DNA of 64,000 nt from Flaccisagitta enflata. Lineage: Eukaryota. The translations under genes were made by a program, and so were the position numbers. A model generated the notes under the pieces. It was given only the letters and a program-made list of their open reading frames with translations. It did no database searches and was not told the origin of the DNA. Below are positions 1 through 14,853 of the stretch, one piece after another (position 1 is the first letter of the stretch; each line of letters starts with the position of its first letter). The DNA is taken from contig OZ231126.1 of assembly GCA_965153355.1 (NCBI GenBank), forward strand, positions 29,326,001 through 29,390,000, given 5' to 3'.

Positions 1-274
1 CCAATTCCCCTCAATCATGATTTCATAATCGATGATGACTCATGGAGGCTCAGCGCATGCAACGCAGTAAAAGCAGAGTTGTTATGACCTTATATTTTCT
101 AACGCTTTATATTGAAATGTTACTACACTGGGGGTGTGCCTTCAAATTGATGTTATTGTCGCTCCCAAACGTTAGTTAGTCTCTTTGTAAAACTGGTTTG
201 CCTATTTGAATATCAATTTTGTATCAAATATACAAATCAAAAACCAAAATAATTGTCGATTGAAAAAAAGAGTA

Positions 275-926
275 CACTTTTGATTTTTTTATAAGCACCT
301 CGTTTATAAGCACGCTTAGCCTCAAATATTGGTGAAATTTAAGCACATTGATATGCGTGCTCAAGGCTGAGATTTGCAATTTGGAAAAAAAAACTTTGGT
401 AAGTTTTTTTTTAAAATGCAAATTTCTAGATATTCTTTTTTAGAACCTTAAAAATTAGTAGTTATTCTTTTAGTTAGAATTCAAAATCATCAAAGATATT
501 TTCAATCTCATACTTTATTATTAGCTGACTAAGCCGAACCTTCAGAATGTTAAGGATTTTGATATTCATAGAAATATTCGAATTTCTAATGATGCTCTAC
601 ATTATTGTATATGGATACTATTGTATACAGATGCTATTGTATATGGAAACTATTGTATACAGATACTATTATTTAAAAAATTCATCTCTGTAACAAAATC
701 TAAAGAATTACTAAACGATTAACCAAATGTATTTTTATTGTATTCTATATTAAACGATATTATGTTCTATATTATGAAACATATTCAGTTCTATAATCTG
801 TATCAAATACACTGAAGATCTATGATAAGCACACAGTTAAGCATATTTTAGCCTCAAAAATGGGATTTTGCAAAGCATGCTCAGCCTCAGCTGAAAAGGG
901 AGCGTGCTTTTAAAAACAAAAAAGTG
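275..926. mobile_element. MITE, TA-flanked
   Basis: Imperfect [24 protein letters not shown] with TA on both sides. Confidence 0.55.
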
Positions 927-1064
927 TATTTCATAAATAAACAAGGCCGGGTACACGGCTACCCTAGTTGCGTGTGGGTGGGCAGGAGCAGTGCTGGAGA
1001 AGGTCACTAGAACATTTGGGCAGGAGCTGTAAGCTGAAAAAGCTCAAAAACGCCAAAAAAGTAA

Positions 1065-3525
1065 TAGTCGCAAAAGCGTTAGATGGTCAGCGGTACCTGT
1101 GCCATGCCCTTGTAGGTTGTGCTTGAAGTTGAAGGGGAAGCAGGGCAGCGGCCCCGAAGGGGTCGATGACCTATGCTTTCACACATATGGGGAATTTTCT
1201 CCTCCTCCTTCTCCGTCAGTCCGCCCCCCCCTCCCAGTCTCGAGGCCTAAATCCCAGTCTTGTGGCCCAAATCCTATCTGAAAGGCCCAAATCCTAGCCT
1301 CAAGGCCAAAATCCTAGCCTGGAGGCCCAAATCCCAGCCTTGAGGCCCAAATGTCATCCTTGAGGCTGGGATATGAACATTGAGGCTTAGCTTTGGGCCT
1401 CACGGCTGAGATTTGACTCTCAAGTCTGGGATTAGGGCCTCCAGGTTAGAATTAGGGCCTTGAGTAGAAAGACCCTCGCCTGAAGGTTCAAAGTAAAGAG
1501 AGTTTTTGGGCAGCGGCCAATGACCTATGCTTTCACACATGGGGAAATTTCTCCTCCTCCTTCTCCTTCTCCTCTTCCTCCTTCTTCTCCGTCCCTCCCC
1601 CTGGCTTCAAAGCTCAAATTGCAGCCTCAAGCTCAAATCACTGTCTCGAGCTTGAATCCCAGGCTCAGGGCTCAAATTCCAACCTCATGGCTTAAATCCC
1701 AGCTTCATCGCTCATGTTCCAATCTTTTGGCTCAAATCCCAGCCTTATGACTCAAATTACAGCCTAGTATAAGTCATCGGTTCCTTCAGGGCCTGCTGAC
1801 CTCTCATATCACCCCTCCTCCTTCTCCTTCCTAGTCTCGAGACCAAAATCAAAGCTTTGAGGCTCAAATCCCCGCTTTGAAGCTCATATTCCAGCCTTGA
1901 GGCTCAAATCTTGGTCTCCAGGCTAAAATCCCAGCCTCGAGGTTCAAATCCCAGCCCTTAAGCTCAAATCCCAGTCTCAAGGCACAAATCCCAGCCTTGA
2001 AGCTCAAATCCTAGCCTCGAAGCTCAAATACCAGCTTCCAAGCTCAAATCCCTGCCCCGAAGCTCAAATCCCAACCTCAAAGCTCAAATCCCAGCCTCGA
2101 AGCTCAAATCTCAGCTTTGAAGCTGAAATCACAGCCTCGAAGCTCAAATCCCAGCCTCAAGGCCTTAATCCAAGCCTCAAGGCCCCAATCCCAGCCTACA
2201 GGCCCTAATTCCATCCTTGAGGCCCAAATAAAAACAGCATAGGTCATCGGCCCCTTCAGGGCCGCTGCCCCTCTAACCACCTCACACCCACATACACTCA
2301 CATAGGGGCAACGAGTACCACTGACCATCTAACGCTTTTGCGACTATTGGCATTTTCTAGCGATTGCGTTTCTTGTTTTTGGGCAGCGGCCCCGAAGAGG
2401 TTGATGACTTATGCTTTCACATGTATGGGGGATTTTCTCCTTCTCCTCCTCCTTCTTCTACGTCCCCCCCCCCTCAAATCCTAGTCTCGAGGCCCAAATT
2501 CCAGTCTTGAGGCCCAAATCCCAGTCTTGAGGCCAAAATCCCCGCCTAGAGGCCCAAATCCTAGCCTCAAGGCCTAAATCCTAGCCTGGAGGCCCAGATT
2601 TCTGTTTTGAAGCCCAAATCTCAGCCTCAACGTCAAAATCTCAGCCAAGAGGCCCAGATCCCGGCCTTGAGACCCAAATCTCAGCCTCGAGGCTAGGATT
2701 TGGGCCTTGAGGCTAGGATTTTGGCCTTGAGGCTGGGATTTGGGCCTCAAGACTGGGATTTGGGCCTCGAGACTGGAATTTGGGCCTCGAGACTTGGAAT
2801 TTGAGTGGGGAGGGACGGAGGAGGAGGAGAAGGAGGAGAAGGAGAAAACCCCTCCTACGTGTGAAAGCATAGGCCCCATACGTGTGAAAGCATAGGTCAT
2901 CGACCCCTTCTGGGCCGCTGCCCTGCTCCCCCCTCAACTTAACCACAACCTACTTAGGCAGGGCACGGGTACCGCTGACCATCTAACGCTTTTACAACTA
3001 TTCATCGAGCAGGGAAGGGCCGATGATGCTTCACACATTTGGGGATTTTCTCCTTCTTCTTCTCCTACGTCCCCTCAAATCCCAATCCCAAAAGGCCCAA
3101 ATCCAGTCTCAGGCCCAAATCCCAGTCTCGAGGCCCAAATCCCAGCCTCAGCCTGGGCTCAAATCCTAGCCTCAAAGGCTGATCCAGGCCCAAATCTCAG
3201 AAAAATCTCAGGGTGGCCTAGGCCCAAATCTCAGAGCCAGGATTTTTGAGGGAGATTAGGATTGAGGCTTGGGGGGATTTGGGCCTCGAGGATTTGGGCC
3301 TCGAGACTGGGATTTGGGCCTCGAGACTGGAATTTGGGCCTCGAGACTGGGATTTGAGGGGGGGAGGGACGGAGGAGGAGAAGAAGGAGAAAATCCCCCA
3401 TATGTGTGAAAGCATAGGTCATCGACCCCTTCGGGGCCGCTGCCCTGCTCCCCCCTCAACTTCAACCACAACCTACTTTGGCAGGGCACGGGTACCGCTG
3501 ACCATCTAACGCTTTTGCGACTATT
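1065..3525. mobile_element. Cluster of family-A dispersed elements (asymmetric inverted ends, 21-bp internal repeats; Helentron/foldback-like)
   Basis: Repeated end GGGCAGCGGCCCCGAAGGGG.CGATGACCTATGCTTTCAC, arrays of GAGGCCCAAATCCCAGCCT and tail GGCAGGGCACGGGTACCGCTGACCATCTAACGCTTTTGCGACTA, inserted in T-runs. Further copies at ~4370-4575, 12588-13395, 14985-15300, 17946-18622, 34940-35565 and 37160-38550. Confidence 0.8.
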
Positions 3526-3573
3526 TCATCATTTTCTGATCGTTTCATGTGTGTTTAATCATATTTCTGCCTA

Positions 3574-4252
3574 CACCGCTTTTAGATCAAACTGTCGCGA
3601 AAAGAAGATGTATAACTCAAAAACTATTCATAGTAATTAGTTTTTTCTTTTTTCCCCTGATAGATAATTTGATTAAGTTTTGCTACAAGCAAAGAATGTT
3701 CCACCAACTAAAAAATTTAAGCCTCCTTCTTACAATAAATGAATATTGCATGATTCACATTGAAAGATTTTTCTCCCCAACAACTTTTTCTTTACTTTAT
3801 TTCATAGTTGGTATTTCTAAACAAATTGAGCTGAATCGCTGGGCTTGGTCTAGAATTCGAGAGAATTTAATGTAGAATTGTAGATTATGATGCAAGGAAA
3901 AAATGTTCTCACTGATTTTGATTTTGAACAATTTGCAGACAATTTTTCTAAATTTTCGCAATGTTTTGGGGTCAAAATCAATCATTACTGCATCACAAAA
4001 GTCAATTTGACAAAAAGATTTGACTTTTGCGATGCAGTAATGATTGATTGTGACCCGAAAACATCGCGAAAACCTTAAAATTTTGGAAAATTTAGAAAAA
4101 TTGCAAATATATCAGCACTGGGGCTTTAATTATTTTTTTGTAACAAAACTTAATCAAATCATCTACAACTGAAAAAAAGAATCAAGTTGTTGTCTTAAAT
4201 ATTTTATGAGTAATATATCTTCTTTTCGCGACAGTCCGATCTAAAAGCAGTG
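3574..4252. mobile_element. Tc1/mariner-type MITE
   Basis: ~38-bp TIR CACCGCTTTTAGATC..ACTGTCGCGAAAAGAAGAT, TA TSD, internal palindrome at ~3963-4062. Confidence 0.8.
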
Positions 4253-5227
4253 TATGTATACATATAAACTGCTCATAATAGAGTAATCACCAGTGACGAT
4301 ATGTATTTCAAATTCATTTTAGAGTGAAAATTTTCATAACTTGAAACGGTTACGTGTCCGTTTTCTACCTTGAGGCTTGAATTTGGGTCTTTCGGACAGG
4401 ATTTGGGCCTTTCGGATAGGATTTGGGCTATAAGACTGGGATTTGGGTCTCGGGACTGGGATTTGGGCCTCGAGACGGGGGGGGGGATGGGGACGGATGG
4501 ACAGAGAAGGAGGAGGAGAAAATTCCCCATATGTGTGAAAGCATAGGTCATCGACCCCTTTGGGGCCGCTGCCCAAAAAGGGGATCGACCGACCGACCAA
4601 CCAACCAACCAACCAACTGACATAGTGGGGTGTAGAGTCGCGAAGCACGCGACTAAAAACCAGCATGCTAGTACCAAAACAAAAGTTTCGATTTGATCTA
4701 TCATCCATGTGAGAGTTTATCTAGCATGCAGATTATTCAAAAAGAACGTCAGGTACTGAGTATTGCGATCAAAACAGGCAAAGAAAAATGTGCGTATGAA
4801 ATACGAAAATGCAAAAATGTGTTTCCAAAAATTATATGGTTTATAAAAAGTGCGATGTACCACTCGGCTCAAAAACAAAAAAAAACAGACGCAACTGTTT
4901 ATAAAACAGATATAAAAATTAATTTTAAAAGACATTTTAAAAGATTTTCAAAAAAATTTTCAATCTAGACCAAACCCAGCTCTGTATCTCAAACCGTTTA
5001 GCAGCTAGAACCCTGCAAAGAGAAACACTGATTTACTATGATGCATTTTGACATAGGGATTGCAAAACTGAGATGGGCAACGTTTTCATTCAAACCATAG
5101 CCATTTCTGAACGGAAAAAGATAGCAATACCAGATAGGCGTCAAATGAAAGTACTTTTGAAGGGCTTGGCGATGACATAAGATTTTGTTAATAGGCAAAA
5201 TAAGCTATTCAAAAGTGCGTCTTTTTT

Positions 5228-8200
5228 TTAGTTGTATGGCGGAATGGCGAAATGACAATCATCATCATTATCATCATGATCATCATCATCATCATCATCA
5301 TAATCATCATCTCCATTATTGTCGTCCTTATCTCCTCCATTATTCCAAGCCCCTTTGTTCTCCCTTACCTTACCAGTCTCGCCTCCACCTCCTTCCCTCA
5401 TTTTTTCATCCATCCCACTTCCTCTCACTATTTCCTCCTCCTCATATCTGCCATCCTCTCTCTCCATCTCCTCTACCATCTCTGACCAACCAATTGTTTC
5501 TTCTCTCTCAAATCCCACAACGTGACTGAATACAGCATTTTCCATATTAGAATCAACATTCTGACTGTAAGAAGCATCTTGAATATCAATATTGTCGGCG
5601 TTTAGATCTAGATTTAGATCTAGATCATGATCTGCATCATGCAAATCAGTGTCGGCAGTGATAAGGTTAAGATCCGGGTTGAGATCAGCTTGACTCGCCT
5701 CGTCTAAACTTAACAAAACTTCGTCCACAATTTCTATCGCGTTTTTCACCTGAGAATGAAAAAAAACATGGATCTTTATCGTTTGGATTTTATGGTACAA
5801 GGCCAAGTTGGCCAACGACGCGATGCGTCCTTTATGTACGACTGTTTTTACGAATGTTATACATGAATGAATGAATGAATGAATGAATGAATGAATGAAT
5901 GAATGAATGAATGAATGAATGAATGAATGAATGAATGAATGAATAAACGAACGAATCATCATCAGCATGATTACCATCAATATCTCATTTCGTACCTGTT
6001 TTTCTTTTTTAGTAATTAAGTACAGTCGCTAATTGTTGCCATGGCTAGTGTATGGGTTTCGCTAGTATGATCTGGCTAGTGTGGATCTCGCTAGTGTGGA
6101 ATCGCTAATTATTGTGGAACCTGTATGACCCACCAACCGACCGGCCAACGGACACTGTCTCAGATAGAGATGCCGGGAATGCTTTAGCGTTTTCCATCCA
6201 ACAGATGGGTGATGATAATGAACTTAGCATCTTGTCAACTCTGACCTTCTCAACGACGGATGCTTCGAAGGTTTGATTTTCGTCGATGTCAACTCTTTGG
6301 TGACTCGATGAGCCGAATCGCGTCCGCCACATTCGCTTCCGCGAACTTGGTGATGAAGGTGACGCGTTGGATGCCAGGGATGTGGCAGCGGCAGTTTCGC
6401 GCTTCCGGGTACTCGGCGATGATGGTGACGCGATGGATGACAGTGATGTGGCAGTGGCAGTTTCGCGCTTCCGGGATGGAGGCGACATAATCGATGACAG
6501 TGGTGTAACGGCGGCAGATTCGCGCTTACTACAAGATGGAGCTGTTTGTGACACAAAAGTCACCAGTGACGGCGCGGTGTCAGTCTCTCCTTCCCATTCA
6601 CCTTCCCGGTCATTTTCCTGTTCACCTTCCCGGTCATTTTCCTGGTCACCTTCCCGGTCATTTTCCTGGTCACCTTCCCGTTCACTCTCAAGTTTACATT
6701 CTCCGGGTTGATTAGAAAGATCCAAATGAACCATCTCTGAGACCTCCGCAGCTCCACTCTTTTCCACTTCTCTGCATGAAACTTTTCGGAAGTTTCTGTC
6801 GCTGTGACGGTTATTGATCTCGTTATTACGGTATTCAAATAACATTCTTTCGAGCTCTCTCGTAACATCTTCATTTGTGATTGGAGGGTGAATGTTGTTA
6901 GGCGCAGTAAGATTCGCCAAGTGGGTAGATGATGAGATATTAACCAGATTACCATCTATGATATCAGAACTGTCACTAACTTTCAGTGCCTCATCACTCC
7001 CGCATTCGCCACTGATGCATGGACTATTACTTCTCATTCCATTTCTATCACAATCTTTTTGACCTCCAACATGACAGACATCTTTATCAAATTCTTCATC
7101 ACCATCGCCTCCTCTGCTCTCAAACCCCATAACTGCGCTCCCTCCATGAGTACTATCAATTACTCTCTCTAATTCAACCCTCACATCATTTCCACCATTA
7201 TCAACTACTTCACCACCCTCAACGTCGCTAAAACCAACACCACTACAACCAACACCACCAACTCTCCCACCATCGCCCCTACCATTATCACCACCACTGC
7301 CACTACAAAAACCAACATCTCCACCAGTTCCATTTCCCCTTTTGTCGTCACCACCAACTATCCCACCATCACCCCTACCATTATCACCACCACTGCCACC
7401 ACTTACACTAGAAACACCGACACCTCCACCTGTGTCTTTTCCCCTTCCATCGTCACCACCAACGTTGCCGAATTTGACTCCTTTAATCAGATCGTTGATT
7501 CTTCTTTGTTTTTGTTCATCGAAATAAGTCGCGGAAATTTTTTGGATTTTCTTGGTGATCCTTTCGATTGTCGATTCACGATCTCTGAAAAGTCGAGAAT
7601 CAGAGGCAATTGATATGAAATTACCATTTGGCATTTGACTGATCTTCCATAACCATTACCATTTGGCGCTTATCATCATCATTTGGCATTTACCATTACC
7701 ATTTGGCATAAACCATTACCACCAATTCGTAATTGCCATTTGGCTGATCTTCCATTACCATTACCATTTGGCATTAATCAATATCATTTGCCATTTGCCA
7801 TTACCATTCGGCATTTAACATTACCACTAATTGGCAATTACCACTCAGCATTTGGTTGATCTTCCATTACCATTTCCATTTGGCATATACCATTATCATA
7901 CGGCATTTACCATCATCATATGGCATTTACCACCATCATTTGGCATTTACCATCACCACCAATAGGCAATTACCATTTGGCATTTGGCTGATCTTCCATA
8001 ACCATTTCCACTTGGCATTTACCATTACCATTTGGCATCTACCATTACCATTTGGCATTTACCATTACCATTTGGCATAAACCATTATCACCAATTGGCA
8101 ATTACCATTTGGCATTTGGTTGATCTCCCATTACCATTAGGCATTATCAATTGGCAATTACCATTACTATTTGGCATTTACCATTACTCTTTGGCATTTA

Positions 8201-8672
8201 CCATTACCAACAATTGGCGATTACCATTTGACATTTGTTTGATCTTCCATTACCATTAGGCATTATCATTTGGCATTTACCATTACCACCAATTGGCAAT
8301 TACCATTTGGCATTTGGCTGATATAGAAGTAGAAGCATGCCTGATCCTCCACTGGCAGGCCTGAGCTATACAGCATTTTGGTCAACTATACAATACCAAT
8401 ACAATACTTCCAAATATTGGGACAATACAATACAATGCCAATACAATACAATACTAATTTAAATTATATACAATATATCTTAATTATGTACAATATATAA
8501 CAATGTGTATTTATGATTTAAGTTTCATTATAAACTAAGCATTGAAAAATACTGCAGAATTTTATTTTAAAAAATGGTTAAATGAATACTGCTCATAAAC
8601 TTTTTTTTTCAACCCAATTTTATTTTTTATCCCTATCTGTTTTTTTGTTTGTTTTTTTTTTGTTATGTTTAT

Positions 8673-8725
<53 letters not shown>

Positions 8726-11587
8726 TCTGTCTCTCATTCATTCATTCTTCCTTATTCTTTTATTCTTTCTCTATCTCTTTCTCTCTCTCTCTCTCTCATA
8801 CTTTCAACTTTCTTTCTTTGTCACAGACTTGTATGCCTCTTTTTCCTCCTCCTCTTCTTCCTCCTTTTCTTCATCTTTCCTCATTCCAGCTCTCTTTGTC
8901 CGCCTTTTCTTAATCCCTCATCCACTTTCAGTTACTTCTATCTAATCCTCTTCTTCCTCTTCTTTTTAGGTGCGACAAAGCACCTCTTTAACTGGCTGTG
9001 TCCGTCGGTCGGTTGGTTGGTCTGTAACGCATTCGTTCGACGATCCACACGTCGCACCTATTGGCCTACATGGCCTTGTTCATCTCTGACCTTCTCTATT
9101 GAATCTTTTCCCTCCTCATCTGCATCTTGTTCTGTTTTTTATAATTTTCTGCTATTCCTTGATCATCTTCTTTACTATTTTCTTTAATATTGTACTGTAT
9201 TGTATTTTATTGCATTGGGAAAAAAGATTTAATGCCTTCTCATTTTCTACAGTCTTCTTCTTCACCACTTTTATCTCCTCTATTTGCGAAATATGGTAAT
9301 AAAGGTGATGGTAGCTATAAGCCTACCAGAAACTACACTGGCATTGAACAGTGTATTTCTGACTGGTCCACAGTCCAGTAATTACTATATCATAAATGGA
9401 TGGAGATATGCATTCTTTACTTCTTATATTTGACTTCTGTTTTTAGCCTTTCACTTTTTCATTCTTCTTCTATTAACAACATATAAAAAAATTAATTAGA
9501 CGTATTGGGAAAACCCAATACACAAAGAATATTGTTAACCCAATACCAATACACAATACAATCGCTCAGGCCTGTCCACTGGTTAGTGGTTAACGAAATC
9601 AAGAACCGTATACTCAGTTCAGATGATCTATTCTGAACTGACACTGTCAGTCAGAGTCAATAGAGTCAATTTCCACATACCTATACACAGATAAGGGAGA
9701 TAATCATTATTCCTCCATTCACATCACTGACCTTTTTCTAGTTTCAAGGGAGAATTCCTCTGGAGTCGGATCACAGATCAACGGTTTTTTTGGTGCCCAA
9801 TCAGCCTGATTAAAAAATCAAAAATCAAAAAATCAAGGATCGTCATAGAAAGCAATTTCGATGGCAATTGACCTTAAATTCTTAATGAATAATATGGTTT
9901 GCTTCACTGCCTATGACAAATGAAGGGCAATGAAAGCGAATTCAAATCATAAAACAAACTCGTAACAAACCGGCAGGGCTGGAGTTAGATTGCATTGAGT
10001 CCCAGCCTCGGTAGTTGTCGTTGGGTTGACACCATTGTTGTTAAGATCATTGTTGTGATCATTATGGCGATCATCATTGATATTATTGTTGGGAACATGG
10101 TTTTGATCATCGTTGACATCACTGTCGACATTATTTTCCTCGTAGGGTTGAAAAGCTTCATGGATATCTTCATCTTCGTTGGTATCAATGGTATCTGCTG
10201 GAACTGCACCTTCAACCTCATCATTAACATCGCCCTTTTTGATGCGTTTTTCTGAGGGCCCAAGTAATTGATGACCACAATTCCTCCTTCTCTCCCCACC
10301 ACAGGGTTTGTCATATCGCTTAAGGTCTCTTCTTGACCCTGCTGATAAACTCCCACAGTTGCGACTATCTCTCGAATCATTGGACATTTTCAGAGAACAG
10401 CGCCCACATCTCGAATCACGTGATTTTGCGTTGTGATCGTCGTGCGAATCACTATGTTTTCTATGGCACTTGTGACTTCTTTGATGACAAGTATTGGAAT
10501 CTCTATGTTTCGTGCACTTGCCACATTTACCCCTTAACCTCCAACATGGATTGGAGTCGTCTTTCGATTCCTCATCGGTCCCGTGAAAATCACAAATTTT
10601 ATCGTTGGATACATTCGATGACCTGTTACGGTTGGAATCATCTCTCACTTCTTCCATCTTCCTACATGATCTGCAATTTCCTTTTGAGTCGTGCCATCTT
10701 TTTTTCCGTTGCTGATGACAATGTTGATGACAATGCTGATGCCGATGCTGATGACAATGCTGATGACAATTCCGATGACAATCCTGACCCTCTTCGCGCT
10801 TGAAACCGGACAAGTTGCTCCCTCCGTCCTTTGAAGTTTTTTCGTCAGAGGACTCACTTGATCTTGGCCTTTTGGATGCCGACGCCAACGACGCCCTTAA
10901 GGACGCCCTTAGAGAAGCCCTTGGGGACGCTCTTGACGCCTCTGGCCTATGCCAGGACTCCCCAGATCCATGCCGGTGCACCCTTGAAGCCTGCCCGGAT
11001 TCTCCTGACGTCTGCCGGGACACCCTCGACGCCTGCCGGGATGGCCTTGGCGTTGGTAGGGACGCCCTTGACACCTGTTGGGACACTTTGGGTGTCTGTT
11101 TGCACAGCCTTGACGCCTCCAGCTCCTGCCGGGACTCCGCTGATCCATGTCGGGACATCCTTGGTGCATGTAGGGACGCCCTAGATACCTGTCGGGACAC
11201 CCTCGGTGTTTGTAGAGACGCCCTTGACGCCTGCCGGGACGCAAACAAGGCATGTTGCGACGCCCCCTCTCTCCCGCGCTCGTTGTTGATTTGTCTTAGA
11301 TCATCCACCGCATTCGCCGCTGCGCGTCTCTCACTTCCGGTCCGCGGGGGAAACAAAAGATCATCATCGGGGCCAAGACAGATTCTGTTGTGACGTTCGA
11401 GCGACTGACAAATGAAGCAATGACTTCGTTGAAAACTGGCGTAATCATGAATACCATCTCCTTCGTAGTCGTCGTTGTAGTGGATGAACTCGCTCAGTGA
11501 ACGAGGACGATGACGATTAAGGCGATCGGTGATCAGAGGACGTGGACACGGTCGAGGAAATTGAGGCGAGAGTAAATGCGCCTCAGT
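5228..11587 (-). CDS. Large low-complexity protein of unknown function (Arg/Ser, Cys/His, Gly and acidic tracts); exon structure partly resolved
   Basis: Open exon 11587-9971 (acceptor ctaccag, 539 codons) splices in phase to 9805-9732 (ADWAPKKPLICDP...), then to the large exon starting at 7584 (to ~6121-6140). Probable last exon 5749-5228 (VKNAIEIVDEVLL...). The join between the last two exons is not resolved. Confidence 0.62.
7620..8322. repeat. Degenerate tandem repeat (ATTACCATTTGGCATTT-like), intronic
   Basis: Dozens of CCATT/TTTGGC units, directly visible. Confidence 0.9.
8356..9574. mobile_element. Non-autonomous hAT element
   Basis: 11-bp TIR CAGGCCTGAGC; perfect 8-bp TSD TCCACTGG (8348-8355 and 9575-9582); subterminal CAATA(C) repeats. 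Confidence 0.88.
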
Positions 11588-13651
11588 CTGGTAGAAGGAT
11601 CGAAAAATGGGGAGGTGGGTGCAAAGTAGAGCAAAACATTAATTCATTTAAGGGAATGTTTATGCCACATCGTTATTTAATGACGGATGACTGATCTATT
11701 CCTTTTTAACAAAGAGTGATCGTGAGCAAAAACATAAGACGTCAAATCTGCCGGGGGAAAATGAACTGGTTCACCCCACTTTTGCATCAATAATGGACTA
11801 ATTATCCATCCACAAATGTTTTCATTGCTCAAGTTGTCACATGATACACTTGTTATGTATGTCTGTTTCATATTTTAGGCTTTACGTTGCCTTTTGATAA
11901 GCAATTCTCACGGCAAATGGCAAGAAAATAAAGATTTTTAGTAAAATTTTATTGACATTTTTTTCTATTTTCCAAGGTCGAAATTATAAGAAAGCCACAA
12001 CCAAAAAAATTTTGCATTTTCAAAAACATAGTTCTCTCTAAAAACGATTTGGGAAGAGAACTATGTTCTTTGTTTTTTCATTTTTTCATTTTCTATGCAA
12101 ACTTATAATTTCAACCAACCCCTTGTCAGTGACAAAAAAAGAAATTTGTAGAAATTTTCAGTAAATCTTGCTCAATATCATAGGCTAAATCTTAGTCTCT
12201 TGCTGAATGGATGCAAATTTTGCTTTTAAATATCATGCATGTCTTATCTCAATCATTTTTATTCACTTGATTTTCTATTTTTACTCATATATGTTTTCTT
12301 TTTTGACCCATTTTGAAAGCCTATATGTTGGCTTCGTGGGCACGCTTTCATAAGGAAAAAATCGAAAAACGTTCTTTGATTTTTTTAGTTCTGGGTTAGA
12401 AATTAATATCTCCCTTTTTCGCTTGCTCCAATTTGAGGAAGTTGAGGCAGGACTAGGCTCGCCCATGCCTGGGGTTGACATTGGTACAGGGTGAAAGAGG
12501 GCACTCTTTTACACCTTCTGGAAAAAAGCAGGGCGCTGTCGGACCAATACTTTAGGAATAATGATTCTTTTAATTTTTTTTAATTTTTGGGCAGCAACCC
12601 CAAAAGGGGCGAAGTCCTGTAGAGCACAGGGGGAATCTGTCCATCCATACGTCCGTCCACCTATCCGTACATCCATCCATATGTCCTTCCATCCCCCTGC
12701 CCCATCCTCAGGGCTTCGTCTCCTTTGGGGCCCAAATCCAAATGGTATGGCCTAAATCCAAACGGTATGGCTCAAATCCAAGCAAAATGGCCCGAATCCA
12801 ATTAACTTAGGCCAAATCTGGCTAGAAAACCTGAATTCTGGCCTGATTTCTATCATTTTGATCCCTTAAACCTAGATTTTTGCTTCTCATACCCAGATTC
12901 TGGCTTCCAAAACCCACATCCTAGTCTTAGAGACCCAGATCTGGACCTCTGGAACCCAGATTCTGACCTCCAAGACACAGGTTCTGGCCCCAAAGACCTT
13001 TATCCTGGCCTCAGAAACCCAATTCCTGGCAACAGAGACTCAAATTCTGGTCTCTGAAACCAAGGAATTGGGCTATGAGACCCAGATTCTGGCCTCAGTG
13101 ACCCAGCTCCTCCCTCAACTTTACCAACAAACTACTCAAGAAGGGCAAGGTTACCGTTGTTTATGTACTGTATTTTATCATTTCTCCATGATATTCAATG
13201 AGAAATTGAATAACAGGACATCCTGGACAGAAGGAAGGCAGAAAGAAGGATGGACTGATGGACGAACAGATTTCCCCTGTGTTCTACAGGACTTCCTCCC
13301 CTTTGGGGCCGCTGTCTTGCTCCCCCTCAACCTAAGTCCCGTACTTATCAAGCAGGGCACGGGTACTGCTGACCACTTACTTCCTTTTGGCTGTTTTTCC
13401 AGATTTTCTGCATTTTCATAAAAGATCAATTTTTTTCATTGATCTTAATTTTGGGCCCTATGTAACAACAAAAATGAGGTCAACAGACATTGACAAACTT
13501 TTATGACCAACCAACCGACTGACCAACCAGACCAAGTGGGGTATAGAGTCACATAGCACGCGACTTACATACTTTTTCCAACTTTTTGGTGCTCCATCTT
13601 TTTTATGCTGCCTGAGGAAACAAAGCTATGTCATGCTTAAGGCAAAACCGA

Positions 13652-14691
<1,040 letters not shown>

Positions 14692-14853
14692 GGTACATGA
14701 TGCAATTTGGGAGAAAAAAAAATGAGGAGGGAAAAAAACATAAACAATCCTTACGATTTTTTCCCTGTCGGCGAGAGCGCCTTTACTGGTAGTCGAGTCA
14801 TGAAAACGCATACTAATTACTATACCTTAAACCATATACCGTATACCATGTAC

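Noticed and set aside
3440-3525. Ribozyme in the family-A tail or ends
   Set aside because: Hairpins are present but I could not assemble a complete hammerhead (CUGAnGA...GAAA) or HDV-like core.
1099-4708. Recurrent ORFs such as MTYAFTHMG... and GSGPEGVDDLCFHTYG
   Set aside because: Translations of family-A element ends.
11677-12481. ORFs MSTPGMGEPS... and ...TYITSVSCD as first exons of the orphan gene
   Set aside because: Could not be joined in phase with convincing splice sites; left unresolved.
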